Positions 51,109 through 64,000 of a stretch of 64,000 nt of DNA are shown in pieces. The notes under the pieces are model-generated. The model was not told the DNA's origin, did no database searches, and saw nothing but the letters and a program-made list of their open reading frames with translations. The stretch spans positions 34,038,001 through 34,102,000 of the forward strand of contig NC_043013.1 in the NCBI RefSeq assembly GCF_006345805.1, in the 5' to 3' direction. Origin of the DNA: Octopus sinensis. Its lineage: Eukaryota. A program made the translations under genes and the position numbers. Position 1 is the first letter of the stretch, and every line of letters starts with the position of its first letter.

Positions 51109-52110
51109 GATACAACAAGACATAAGAAAATAAGGTCATTAAGTATTGCACACATATTACATAGTACTTTTAATGCAATAGCAAATAAAACTGAAATCAG
51201 AACAAAATGACATTTCACATATCCAAAGCTGACCAATCTGTGCTTGGCTATTCAGTGAAAACACCCTTGTTTTTAAATAGAAAATAATTTTTTTTTATAA
51301 AGGGATAGTGAATCAGTTATCTTATGCAGTTCATATTATCTTATGTGTGAGTCCGAAAGGCAAAATAGTCCCTACTAGTATTTTTATTCTGGAAAAGTGA
51401 TAGGCTCTCTCAACTACATTCAATTAGGCTCTCAGTTCTGAAGTTCAATATTTCAACCAAGCACCCACACAGTTGTATGGTAAGTTCTTATGAATATAGC
51501 ATATCTTCTTCTGATGCATAAATTCATATATACATATGTGTATGTGTGTGTGTCTGTTTAAACATGCATATATACATGCACACACATACACAGACACATA
51601 TATATATGTTGTATATATATATATGTTATGTGTATATGTATATATATATACATATGTATATATATATATATGTGTGCGTATGTGTATATATATATTTATA
51701 TATATATATATATCTAAATACTCTTCAGTATTATGCCATCTGATAAATGCTTCTTTAGTATAAAACTTGCAGTAATGGCAAAGCAATGAACTTCAATAAT
51801 GTGTGTATCCAGATGTAGTTTAAGATTTTTTGTTAAATGCAAAGAATGAAGTTTTATTTTTTTTAAAACTTCCTTGCAAGTTGTTTTTCAAATACCCATA
51901 AACACAACTGCACACACACACATATACAGGTGATTGCACACACGCACACACACAAACACAATGTACATTTAAAAAAGTTTAAAAACACCAGGCAAGTACT
52001 TAAAAGACAAAATACTCTATTGTATAACATAAAAAAAGAAAATTTGACGAAACCTGATAGGCATTTTCATGCGCAAAAAAATGAATTTAATGCACCCGCA
52101 CACATATTAA

Positions 52111-52153
<43 letters not shown>

Positions 52154-52502
52154 TATATACATATATATATGCACATATATATATATTTAAATGTAGAAAT
52201 ATCCTACAAAGAAACAAATAAACACTCACCCATTTGCTTATGTACAACTACGAACTCATATGAAAAAAAATATATTCTTTACACCCATGAACACATTAGA
52301 TATAAATAAAGAAGCAAAGCACATATCAACAGACCAACAAAACTGCAATCACACTGAAAATAAACATAAATCCACTTTATAAAAGGAAAACTCCCCTAAA
52401 AAAACACCCACCTTCTTCCCCTTAAAAAAAATACTTAAATAATACCTGTATACCAACATTCACACACGCGTATATATCGACAAAACACAAATATATACAC
52501 AC

Positions 52503-52583
<81 letters not shown>

Positions 52584-53578
52584 ATATATATATACAGAAA
52601 AAACGAATATGAAAAAATATATACATGATAATATTAGGGCATTTGTGTTTTTTAAATTATTTTTTTTTTATCCATTCCTGTGGCAGACCAAACATTATGA
52701 AGTTTTTCATTTTACTTTCGAATGTGTGGGTTCTGTTTTTTTCTTGCATTTTTTTATCAAATCTAAGATGTATATTTATGGAGATGGGTAGGGTAGAAAA
52801 ATATTCTGGAAGAGTCTTTGCTTTTCTTGTATTAAAAAAAAAATTGTAAATAAACACCACCATTGTCTTTGATTGTGATACCATAAACAAATTTTATCAG
52901 CTTATATATTTTTTAAAAAATTCTCCAACAAGAGCCATTCTAATTTATCTTTATCAAATTTCATTATCAATGACTAAATTTTGAAATGGTTATATTTAAT
53001 AGAACTCCCAACAAACAACTTATCAGATTTTCCGTCTCTCTTGTTTGTTTCCAGTTTTTTTTTCTTTATCTATCACCATTGCAACCACCACCACCACCGT
53101 TAGCATCTCTGGCATTAACAACAATGACAACAACAACTAAAATGCTTCAAGCTTGCAATCTGTAACACACACACACACAGAATTGTTGACATGCCCACAC
53201 ACTGGACACAAGCACACACATACACTTGGCATACAAGCACAGAGAAGTGTGTATAAGAAAAGATATGAATTTAAGAGTATCGATAAGAATGTCACAAACC
53301 ACATATATATATATATATGTATATTATGTTTTAATGCATCAAATGTACAGTATGTGTATATATATATATATATATATACAGATGTTTATTTAACATGGTA
53401 GAAGTGAAGCATCTAATCTTTAATAAAAAAGAAATATATATTTGTGTATGTGTGTACGTATGTATGTGTGTGTAAGATAGAAGTCTTAAAAAATTGTAGA
53501 AATGAAAAAAAATATTAGAAGATAACTCATAAGAACTTTTATAAATTTGTACAATTCTTACTAAAGTTTATTACATAT

Positions 53579-53643
<65 letters not shown>

Positions 53644-53672
53644 CATACATATATATATATACATACATATAT

Positions 53673-53760
<88 letters not shown>

Positions 53761-54554
53761 ATATATATGTATATTTATATTACAAAAAAATATGATTTTT
53801 AAAAGACTGATTACTTTTGATTTACAAGATTTATAGGAATCATGGAAACGTTAATTGCCTGATATTCTGATAAAAGAAAAAAGAAGCCATTTATAATATC
53901 AGAACATGTACACATACACAAGCACATACACACACATACACAAGCACATACACACACATACATATATGAATGTAAGCAAGTATATATGTTTCTGTGTATG
54001 AATTTGTACATATATATATATATATGTATGTATATATAAATATATGTATGTATATATGTTAGTGAGTATGTATACATGATAAAAAGACTACTAATTTTTT
54101 TTATATATACTTCTATCGACAAGTGTATGTACCTGTGCTTGAATATATGGCTGCATGTGTTTATACGTGAGTCCTTGTGTGTGTTTATAAAAGTGAGTTC
54201 TGTGAATGAAATGGCACCAGAAAATTGTCAATAAAACTAATGTTTCATAGAAAAAAATTAAAACTCTAAAATTATTATTATCATTATTATTATTATTATA
54301 TGTAAGATTTCTACTTTCATATTCGTTTTCTGGTTCAATGTATGTGTTTTTTTTCCTTTTTGTCGTTTATTATGGAGATTACTGTCAGTTTTCATCTTCT
54401 TTATAATTATTATTTTTATCATTATTATGATTTTCTTAGATTTGTTAATTTATTTTATTTATTTATTTATTTTATAGAATTGAAATTATGCTGAATATGC
54501 TCCAAAACCCAACACTAGAGCAGCGGTATTACACAAAAAAGTGTCTATATAAAT

Positions 54555-54663
<109 letters not shown>

Positions 54664-54739
54664 TAGATTCATGGATATAGATAGATACATAAGAGTGTGT
54701 CTAAGTGGACCAATATGTATAGGGATGTGTGTGTTTGTG

Positions 54740-54784
<45 letters not shown>

Positions 54785-55471
54785 GTATGATCACTTTGCA
54801 TTCATTTCTTCATACTTGGATGTATGCCTATAATGATACATGTATCTGTAACAAAGTTTTCTTCTTAATGTGTTTGCAAGAAATAAATACACTTCCACAT
54901 AAAAGTAAGATAAAAAATTCATATATATATATATATCAATACATGCACATAGACGTACATATATGATTGCAATGTATGTATACCAATTGAAAAAAGATTA
55001 TAAATTGAAATATAGTTAAGTGTTAATATGAAATGTAAAAGAAAAGTAACAGGAATATTATCAAATATGTTATAAATATGTTGTAATAATTTGATAACAA
55101 GAAAAATAATAAGATATGGCAAGTAGAAGGCTTAAGAATTTGTTAAGAAAAATGTATTTTTTCGTTTTTTGCTTTGGTTTGTCTTTTTGGTACAGATTAG
55201 TAAAAAGCCACATAGGAGAGTTCTGAAAATTGGAAATAGGTTCTTTTTTGGTTTAGTTTTGATTTCTTTTAATTCTCCGATTTTCTTTTTTTTCAACCTG
55301 AAGAGATTTCTTTAAAAATCCTGAATTGTAGCTGTATGCACTTAAAATGACTTTATTAATATTACTATTTTAAGGACAATAGAAGGAAGAATTGATAGAG
55401 CAATGAAGTGCATATTCACCTAACCCATGCAAGCATGAGAAATCAGATCTAAAAACAAACATAAAACAAAG

Positions 55472-55537
<66 letters not shown>

Positions 55538-56259
55538 ATACATGCACAGAGACGTACATATATGATTGCAGTGTATCTATACCTTCGCCATGATAGACCG
55601 CTAGCCACTACACATTCTCTATTTTCTATCCTTGTTTCTTTTTGTGGAAGAGCGTAGGCTCGGAATGTTAAAGACTTTTTCACTTCCCAAGAGTTATACT
55701 AATACATCTGTTTGTTGTCTACATCACCTGTCTTCGTCTTTTGTTTGCTTTTTTGTGAATTTTCCCTATATATATGTATACACAGGTATGTGCGTCTGTG
55801 TATATATATGTAGGTATTTTCATATAATCTTCATTTCCTCAACATTGAATTAATATTAACTTTCTGCTGCTGACAGGACCAGATAAAATTTATTGAAGCA
55901 GAGTTTTTGAGTGGATACTCTCTCTGTTGCCAACCCTCACATATTTCTAAGCAAGATAATATTTTCCCATGGCCAGACATGGTTTGATAGAAAACTAGAT
56001 TCAAATCTTATGGCTGGAACGCATTATTTACACTACTATGCAATATGGAGAGAACCGAAACACATATTCAAACATATGCTCAAGCAAAAGCTCCTTTTCT
56101 GTTACACTCTAAACCCTGTCTTCCGAGAAAAGATTCTTTTCTCATTTATATCGATAGCAAAATACCATACGTAGTAACCTACAACAGATAATGACTGATT
56201 GATTGTTTGACTGATTGATAGATCGGTAGATAAATAGATAGATAGATAGATAGATAGAT

Positions 56260-56298
<39 letters not shown>

Positions 56299-56519
56299 CG
56301 GTAGATAGATAAATGGGCAGATAGATAAACAGATAGATAGATATAAGATGTATAGATGGATATCTGTATATATATATAAAAGGCAGGATGTGTGTGTGTG
56401 TACGTGAATGTAATTTATGCACGTCCATAAATTATCACGCATATTGCTCCAATTTTAAGAGGACATTCGTTATGATCCTAGCTGTATTTTCATCAACTTA
56501 TTTTTCCCAGAGGCACAAG

Positions 56520-56852
56520 TGAATAGCAGTAAGAACAAATGGAGTTTGATGTCGCTACCCTCATTTGCACCTTTGCTGTGAGGTAGGTTCATCTGGGACT
56601 CTCAACAGGAAGAGGTCCAGTTTTGATTTGAAAACACCTACATCCACTTTTTGTAAGTCCCTCAGGCTCTTTGGGAGAATATTAAAAAGCTGTGTGCCCC
56701 TGAAACCCAGGCTGTTGCAGTAACTGGTCCTGAAACGCGATGACATTGCAGTATTGGCCTGTTCTGGCATTTGTGTAGCTTTCAATGCCAACATTTGGTA
56801 CAATTCCTTCCAGGATCTTCCAGATGTATGTTACTGTATACCTCTCCTGTCT
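56520..56852 (-). mobile_element. LINE 3' end (CR1/L2-like ORF2 C-terminus)
   Basis: RQERYTVTYIWKILEGIVPNVGI and, in another frame, SLGFRGTQLFNILPKSLRDL...FKSKLDLFLLRVPDEP, a typical LINE ORF2 terminal motif. Clade assignment is tentative. Confidence 0.75.
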
Positions 56853-57396
56853 TCACTCCAATATATATATTGACCAAAATCTGGATCTTTTTATTTTATG
56901 AAAAAACAACAGAGTCGTTAAAACTTGCACACACCAACACAAAAACACACATAAACAAACATGTATAAAAACCACCTGCATAAAGAATGAAAAATGCACA
57001 AAAACAATTGTTGTGTGCATGTAAAACAACCATCTCGTCAGACATATATCTTACATCTTTAAGTAACACAAGCCACTAAGTCAACTTCTTACTCAATAAA
57101 TGCAACACCATCTCTATGTTTTGAGTGCTACTTCCATTTGTTTGTTTACTAACACACACACAAGCACACACACAAGCACACTCACAGACACATATGTACA
57201 CATTTGTATATCTTGTCACCATGAATATATAGATAAAGTGATAATTATCAAAATAACAGTGTTATTCATATGTTGCTACTGTTGTCAAAATGCTTGGATC
57301 AGTGTTTATCCAAGTGGAATCTTGAACCGGTGATAACACTACTGATCAAATGACTGACCGCAAATTTTGACAGAAAATAAATAAATAGATAGATAA

Positions 57397-57570
57397 ATAT
57401 AAAATACAGTGTACATTTAAACACATTAAGAGGTATCCATCATAGGAATCTCTTACGCTAGAAATAACAGCTAAAGTCTAAACCAAACCACTTTAGCTGT
57501 TCCTTCTAGCGTAAGGGATTCCTATGATGGATACCTCTTGATGTGTTTAAATGTACACTGTATTTTATAT
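57397..57570. repeat. 174-bp near-perfect inverted repeat
   Basis: Arms 57397-57477 and 57490-57570 match at 77/81 around a 12-nt spacer. Confidence 0.95.
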
Positions 57571-57691
57571 GAATAATATATAGTCTATTGACTAATTTTT
57601 CTATACCCTAGGCCACTGGTAGTAAAAATTTCTGAAATCTTTTTTACCCTGATATTATTAAATACATAAATAAATAAACATATACATACAA

Positions 57692-58041
57692 GTGTGGTCC
57701 ATGCCAGTGCCACTTGACTGACTCCTGTGCCAGTGGCATGTAAAAAGCACCTTTAGAGTATGGTCAATGCCAGTACTGCCTGACTGGCACCTGTGTTGGT
57801 TTCATGTAAAAAGCACCATTTGAACATGGTCAATGCCAGTTCCGTCTGACTGACCCTCATGCCGGTGGCACGTAAATAGCACCCATTACCATTTTGGAGT
57901 GGTTGGTATTAGGAATGGTATCCAGCTGTAGAAACCTTGCCAGATCAGATTGGAACCTGGTGCAGCCTCCTGCCAGTCCTCGGTCAAACCGTCCAACCAA
58001 TGCTAGCATGGAAAGTGGACGTTAAACGATGATGATGATTA

Positions 58042-58044
<3 letters not shown>
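57692..58044 (+). mobile_element. SINE/LINE-tail element with an RTE-like 3' end and three internal repeats of about 73 bp
   Basis: Three copies of ggtc(a)atgccagt...tgactg...gtggcacgtaaaaagcacc, ending in gcatggaaagtggacgttaaacgatgatgatg. Confidence 0.7.
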
Positions 58045-58083
<39 letters not shown>

Positions 58084-58149
58084 TAAATAAGTACAAAAGC
58101 TGAAACATTCTTTTTTTCTAATATTTGTGAATATTCGAAATATGTTTCA

Positions 58150-58551
58150 TTCTCTTTTACTTATTTCAGACATTTGACTGCAGCCATGCTGAAGCACCAC
58201 TTTTAGTCGAGCAAATCAACCCCAGAACTTATTCTTTGTAAGACTACTACTTATTCTATCGGTCTATTTTGCTGAACAGTTAAGTTACGGGGGTGTAAAC
58301 ACACCAGCATCAGTTTTCAAGCGATGTTGGGGGGACAAACACAGACACACAGACACACACATATATATATATATATATACATATATATGATGGGCTTCTT
58401 TCAGTTTCCATCTACCAAATCCACTCCCAAGGCTTTGGTCGGCCTGAGGCTATAGTAGCAGACACTTGCCCAAGGTGCCACACAGTGAGACTGAACCTGA
58501 AACCATATGGTTGGTAAGGAAACTACTTACCACACAGCCACTCCTGTGCCT
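58150..58551 (-). mobile_element. SINE family A, complete
   Basis: Reverse complement of head, microsatellite and tail. Confidence 0.9.
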
Positions 58552-59403
58552 ATAACATTCCTTGATAATTGTGTGAAACTTATGTCATTATATTCCTTTT
58601 AGTTTTCATAATCCCATTTATCCAATCAGGTAATAAAGATCAAGAAAAGAACGTTCACATTTGGCTCTGTTTCCATGGTTCTTTTCCTAACATCGAGTAG
58701 TTTCAATGGAAAAATCAAAAACAAAAAAAAAAAAAAAAGATCTGGTGATTAAGATAGCTATTGTTATCTGGAATTTATTTCCATTTTTGTTTTCCAACAT
58801 TTATATTTTTATCAGAGGAATAAAATTAAAAGTATGTTTGTATAAAATGTTTAATGAAAGAAATTATGTTCTGAATAGAGTTTCTATTAAATTGCAAAAG
58901 TAAATATTTTTGTTTGAAAGATTTTGTATTAGACAAACAAGTGGACTGGCATAAATATCTCATTTAATTAAAAAATTTTTGATCGATAAATTATAAAATT
59001 ATGAAAACATTACCAACACATAACACAAGAAAATAAACCTGAAAACATGCAATGATCTACTTAGTAAATTGCTTTATAAACATATATAATTATTACTTTT
59101 TAGCTGCATATACACACATGAATTAACATTCAATTGACATATAGATTTCTGGCATATAACAAGTCTCCTTGTTTACATTATTTTATGTACATAACATGAG
59201 ATATACAGACACTTTCAGTAGCTATATTTGTCTGTATGTCCATCAGGTCATACTAATAGGTTGCCCCAACTTCGTACCACAATCTCAAGAATAACTGAAA
59301 AGGAGGTTAAATATATTTTCTTCCCTTAGCATAGAACATATTAAAACGCTCTTTTCCTTAGAAGCCAATCTGAAGATTAATGGTTTTAAAGAGTAAAAAG
59401 AGG

Positions 59404-59708
59404 GTAAAGACCCCTTTTGGTCATGAATGACTAGGGGATTGCATCTAGAAAGTTCCCCTCCGAGGCGCAAGTCTGGGCATGTTGCCCATGCATGCCAGCC
59501 TCTCCTCTCCTCTCCACACCACCAATGTTATCCAAGGGAAAGGCAAAGGCCAATACAGCTTGGCACCAATGATGTCGCAACTCATTTCTACAGCTGAGTG
59601 AACAGGGACGTTTTGTTCAAGAACATGACACAGAGCCCAGTCCAGGAATCGAACTCACTACCTCATGATTGCAGGCCTGACATTCTAACCACTGAACCAT
59701 GCACATTC
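59404..59708 (-). mobile_element. SINE family B
   Basis: Reverse complement of the 10641 copy (ttatccaagggaaaggcaaaggccaatacagcttggcacc). Confidence 0.88.
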
Positions 59709-59885
59709 ACAGTGGTTTTAAAAGGCTCAATATTAAAATGGTCAAGATGTTTTCCTTTTTACTTTCTCAATTAAACACTTATAAACAAAATGTGTCCTTA
59801 CATAGTACGCAAGCACAAATTGTATCCTCATGACATACACACAAAAATTGTGTACTTTGATTACATACACACACACACACCTACA

Positions 59886-60773
59886 TATGCAGTCTGATCA
59901 CAAAGTATTGGGTTTATTACTATGGTAACAGAGTTATTGTATGTAGAGTGGAACCACGTGACACAGATTGAGTTTGAACTGTCATGTATTCACAACTAAG
60001 TTATATCAATCTTTGCTCTCTTCCATTGTTTATGGCAATGCTTGGAAGTAAAGAGTGTAAAGTATGGCCACCACATTGAGACAATTGAGGAGAAATTCTG
60101 CATCAAATTTTGCCAAAACCTTGGTGACATCTGTGCAGAGACCTGTGCAAAGTTGCAGAAAGTGTATGGGGTAGGGTGCGTGTGTGTATGAATGGCTCAA
60201 ATGTTTCCAAGATGGCTGACAAAATATTAACAAGTATGTATGTTCTGGGAGACCCACAACTAGCAGCACTGAAAAAAAACATTGCAGATGTCCATGAAGC
60301 TGTTTGGTTGGAAAGACCATTGGATCACAATCTGTGAATTGTTAGAGGATGTGAGCATTTGTTATGTTTCAGTTCAGTTTATTCACATTGAAGATTTGAG
60401 TATGAGATGTGTGCCTGGCAAGTTTGTGCCAAAGCTGTTTCTGGATGCAGCAGTTTTTGGCCAAGCACAACATTCCTCAGGTCCAACAACCACCATATTC
60501 CACATATCTCACCCCTTGTGTCTTTTCCCTACTTTCGAAATAATGAACACCAATTCAGAGAGATGAGATTTGGAGCCATCGAGGAAACCCAAGAGACTGC
60601 AATGCAGTCCAAACAAGTAGTTCCAGGAATGCTTCAATCAATGGAAATGATCCTGGATAACGTGCATGGCTTCAGAAAGGAACATCTTTGAGGGATATTA
60701 AATGCTGAATTGGTATGTGTTATAGTTTTCTTTTTATAACACCATCCACAATACTTTTCGATCAGACCTCGTA
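59886..60773 (+). mobile_element. Internally deleted, decayed mariner element
   Basis: TIRs TA-tgcagtctgatcacaaagtattg and the reverse complement at the right end, TA-cgaggtctgatcgaaaagtattg. Transposase remnants IKFCQNLG and ITICELLEDVSI...EDLSMRCVPGKFVPKL. Confidence 0.85.
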
Positions 60774-60931
60774 CACATAGACACAAACACTTTTGTGCTC
60801 TGATTACACATTCTGTATGGCAACCTTGACAAGTGTTTTGTTATTTCTACTGCATAGTACCTTAGGCGAGTATCTTCTGTAGTAGTTCTGAGCTGGCCAA
60901 TGCTTTGTAAGTGAATTTAGTTGATGAAAAC

Positions 60932-62231
60932 TACGAGGTGTTATCAAAGTTCTCGGACTCTTTTACTCTTTTACTTGTTGCAGTAATTTGACAGTGGCCG
61001 TGCTGGAGCACCACCTTTAGTCAAGCAAATCGACCCCAGGACTTATTCTTTGTAAACCTAATACTTATTCTATCGGTCTCTTTTGCTGAACCGCTAAGTT
61101 ATGGGAACATAAACACACCAGCATCGGTTGTCAAGTGATGTTCGGGGGACAAACACAGACACACAAACATACACACACACACATATATATATATACGATG
61201 GTCTTTCAGTTTCCATCTACCAAATCCACTCACAAGGCTTTGGCTGGCCCGAGGCTATAATAGAAGACACTTGCCCAAGGTGCCATGCAGTGGGACTGAA
61301 CCCAGAACCATGTGGCTGGTAAGCAAGCTACTTACCATACAGCCACTCCTGCGCCTATATTTATAGTTATATCTAATTAAAAAAAATAACTTGTTTACCT
61401 AAGTTTTAACATAATTTCTTTCAAAACAATCATCTTGAGCAACATTACACCAGTCTCAGCGTTGTTGTCAGTTTTGGAATATGACCTAGAAGTCATTTTC
61501 CAGAAGTGAGTTGGTCAAGGACCTTCTGCAATTTGCTTTGGATCTCGACATTACTGTTAAAACAGTGACCTTTGACCTGCTTTCCATCTTGGGGAAGACA
61601 CGTAAGTCCACAGGTGCTAAATCTGGCGAATAGGGTGGGTGTGGGAGTGACACCATGTTGTTTTTGGTAAGGAACTCACAATTGAGGAAGATCGGTGACC
61701 AGATGCATTGTCGTTGTGAAGATTCCAATTCTTTACATTCCAAAGATCTGGTCATTTTTGCCAAATGACCTCCCTCAAAAGCTTGAAAGCATCGTTGATT
61801 GTGTTCCAATTGATTGTCTTCATGCACCAATTGTGAATTTTTCTCCATATTTCTGGGTGTGATGCTTGTGGTAGGTTTTCCAGATCGCCCATCATCTGCT
61901 TTTGAAGTGCCCGTACCACTCAAAATATAGCATACAACCCATCGCCCATATGCTTGCCAGAGACTGCTCAATGTCTCTGTAGCAGACTTCTTAAGTTTAA
62001 TGCAAAACTTTGAGTTAGTTAGCTCTTTGTTCCAACTTCCTGTCCATGACAAAAACTGCAGAGCGCAACATACATGTGATCACAAAAAAACCCCCAAATT
62101 TCACAACTTGTGAAGTAAATACAGCGATGTCATGAAGGTCACTGCTAGCTCTCATTGCACATGCAACGGCGTGCTGTCATCTGTTGGTGTGCTACATAAC
62201 TTGTCTGGGAACATTTTCATACCTCCTCATA
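60932..62231 (-). mobile_element. Internally deleted mariner element, interrupted by a SINE
   Basis: TIRs TAcgaggtgttatcaaagttctcggact (60932) and reverse complement TAtgaggaggtatgaaaatgttcccagac (62231). ORF 61486-62052 has KFCIKLKKSATETL, DDGRSGKPTTS and LPHPPYSPDLAP. Confidence 0.9.
60958..61356 (-). mobile_element. SINE family A, complete, inserted just inside a mariner TIR
   Basis: Reverse complement of the full family A sequence. Mariner sequence resumes after 61356. Confidence 0.9.
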
Positions 62232-62554
62232 CATTATACTATTTAACAAGACATTCGGAGAAGGCAAATCTTTGCCAAGGCAACACCAACATCCTCTCAA
62301 CGATTAGCCAGAGAGGATTTTTTAAATGAGAATACCTGAAATAAACTCGACTGCTCTCACAAACTAGAAAACTAGAAATGAACGTGACTGCTCTCAAAAA
62401 TTAAAAATTTTTACCAACCAAATACATTAAAAGGATATCGGCTAGCCTGGGGCTATGATAGAAGACACTTGCTGCACGGTCGAACTGAATCCATATCTGC
62501 ATGGTTGCAAAGTGAACTTCGTAACCATCCAGTCCCACCTGTGTCTATAAACTG

Positions 62555-62921
62555 TTGTGGCTGTGTGGTAAGTAGCTTGGTTACCAGCCACATGGTTTCA
62601 GGTTCAGTCCCACTGCATGGCGTCTTGGGTGTGTGTCTTCTACTACAGCCTCAGGCTGACCAAATCCTTGTGAGTGGATTTGATGGAGGAAAACAGAAAG
62701 AAGCATATGTGTTTGTATGTCTGTGTTTGTCCCCCACCATCACTTGACAACCGTTATTGGTGTGTTTAGATACTCGTAACTTAGCTGTTGGGCAAAAAGA
62801 CCAATAGAATGAGTACTAGGCTTACAAAGAATAAGTCCTGGGGTTGAACTGTTCGACAAAAGGCGGTGCTCCAGCATGGCCACAGTCAAATGACTGAAAC
62901 AAGTAAAAGAATAAAAGAATA
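62555..62921 (+). mobile_element. SINE family A, complete
   Basis: gtggctgtgtggtaagtagc through to gaaacaagtaaaagaataaaagaat. Confidence 0.9.
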
Positions 62922-63032
62922 AAAAGTCAAATATAAAATGTTCCGAATGTCAGAAAGTCAAATTACTTCAAAATTATAAATCCCTCACTGAAGTATGTAT
63001 GTGCATATGTGTATGTATGTGTGCACGCGCGT

Positions 63033-63082
<50 letters not shown>

Positions 63083-63789
63083 GTATATAGCAATAAAAAA
63101 AGAATATGATTGACATGTCCCACTTTAAGTTGTTCTAAACTACATAAACAAAAACCCATGGGTGATTTTAACCAATTGTTAACAATATCTGCATCTGCTT
63201 AAACTTATACAAACACACACAAGCATATTCACATGAGCATACATGCTTACCGATGTTAGTCCACGTTTGTAAGAAGTGGAATGTGTCATAAAGAATTGAA
63301 TTATTCAATGCATGGCATCAGATTATGACATATTTCGTAGATATTTATATAGTGCTTGCATATTTTTAGTTATTTCTTAAAAAAACAAAAAAATGGTATT
63401 GGTGTTTAGTCTCTAACCATCACCAGACTACAAGATTTTATCTAATAAATCTATGCATACATTGGTGTATATAAATGCATATGACTATATGTCATATATA
63501 TATATATATATTATATCGTCCTGTACTCTACTTTTTCGTTGTTTAAGAAAAATGTCCATTTCCTTGGTTTTGTGTTTATGTTTTCGTTTCTCATTGTGTT
63601 CGACGTTTTTTTGGTGTCCTGTACCCATATATGCATGTATATATACATGTAGATGTAGGTACGTACATATATGTGGGTATATATGCATATGTTTTAGTTA
63701 TTAATTTGATATTATATGAATATATGTGTGTGTATACATATATATATATATATACATACATACACACATACATGTCAATATATTTGTGG

Positions 63790-63820
<31 letters not shown>

Positions 63821-64000
63821 TATATACATATATATATACATACATGCACACATATATATCTATAATTAAGTAAATATATTTGTATATATATATATACATA
63901 TATATACATACACACATTTCTATAAGTGTGTATATATATTTGTGTGTATATATATATATATATACATATCTGTAAATGTGTATATATATATTTATATGTA

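Noticed and set aside
55911-56174. 87-aa ORF in unique DNA
   Set aside because: Several frames give similar short open stretches, none recognisable and none with matching splice sites.

Overview
AT-rich, microsatellite-saturated animal genomic DNA. The tRNA-derived SINE families, mariner and Penelope fossils point to an octopus (coleoid cephalopod) genome; this is inferred from repeat recognition, not from a database search. There is no intact gene, and almost all listed ORFs are translations of simple repeats. The window holds about 25 SINE copies from three families, three decayed mariner elements with terminal inverted repeats (TIRs), Tigger, hAT and piggyBac MITEs, fragments of Penelope, RTE and CR1/L2-like retroelements, a 2.2-copy 770-bp tandem element, one 100-N scaffold gap, and one credible orphan coding exon (40603-40861). 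The most interesting signal is a set of short (about 130-250 bp) non-coding inserts in (TA)n tracts that carry minimal type I hammerhead ribozyme motifs. One has an intact catalytic core (25827-25867), and two lie back-to-back on opposite strands of a 164-bp near-perfect palindrome (45237-45400). Several other 160-175 bp fold-back hairpins are also present.
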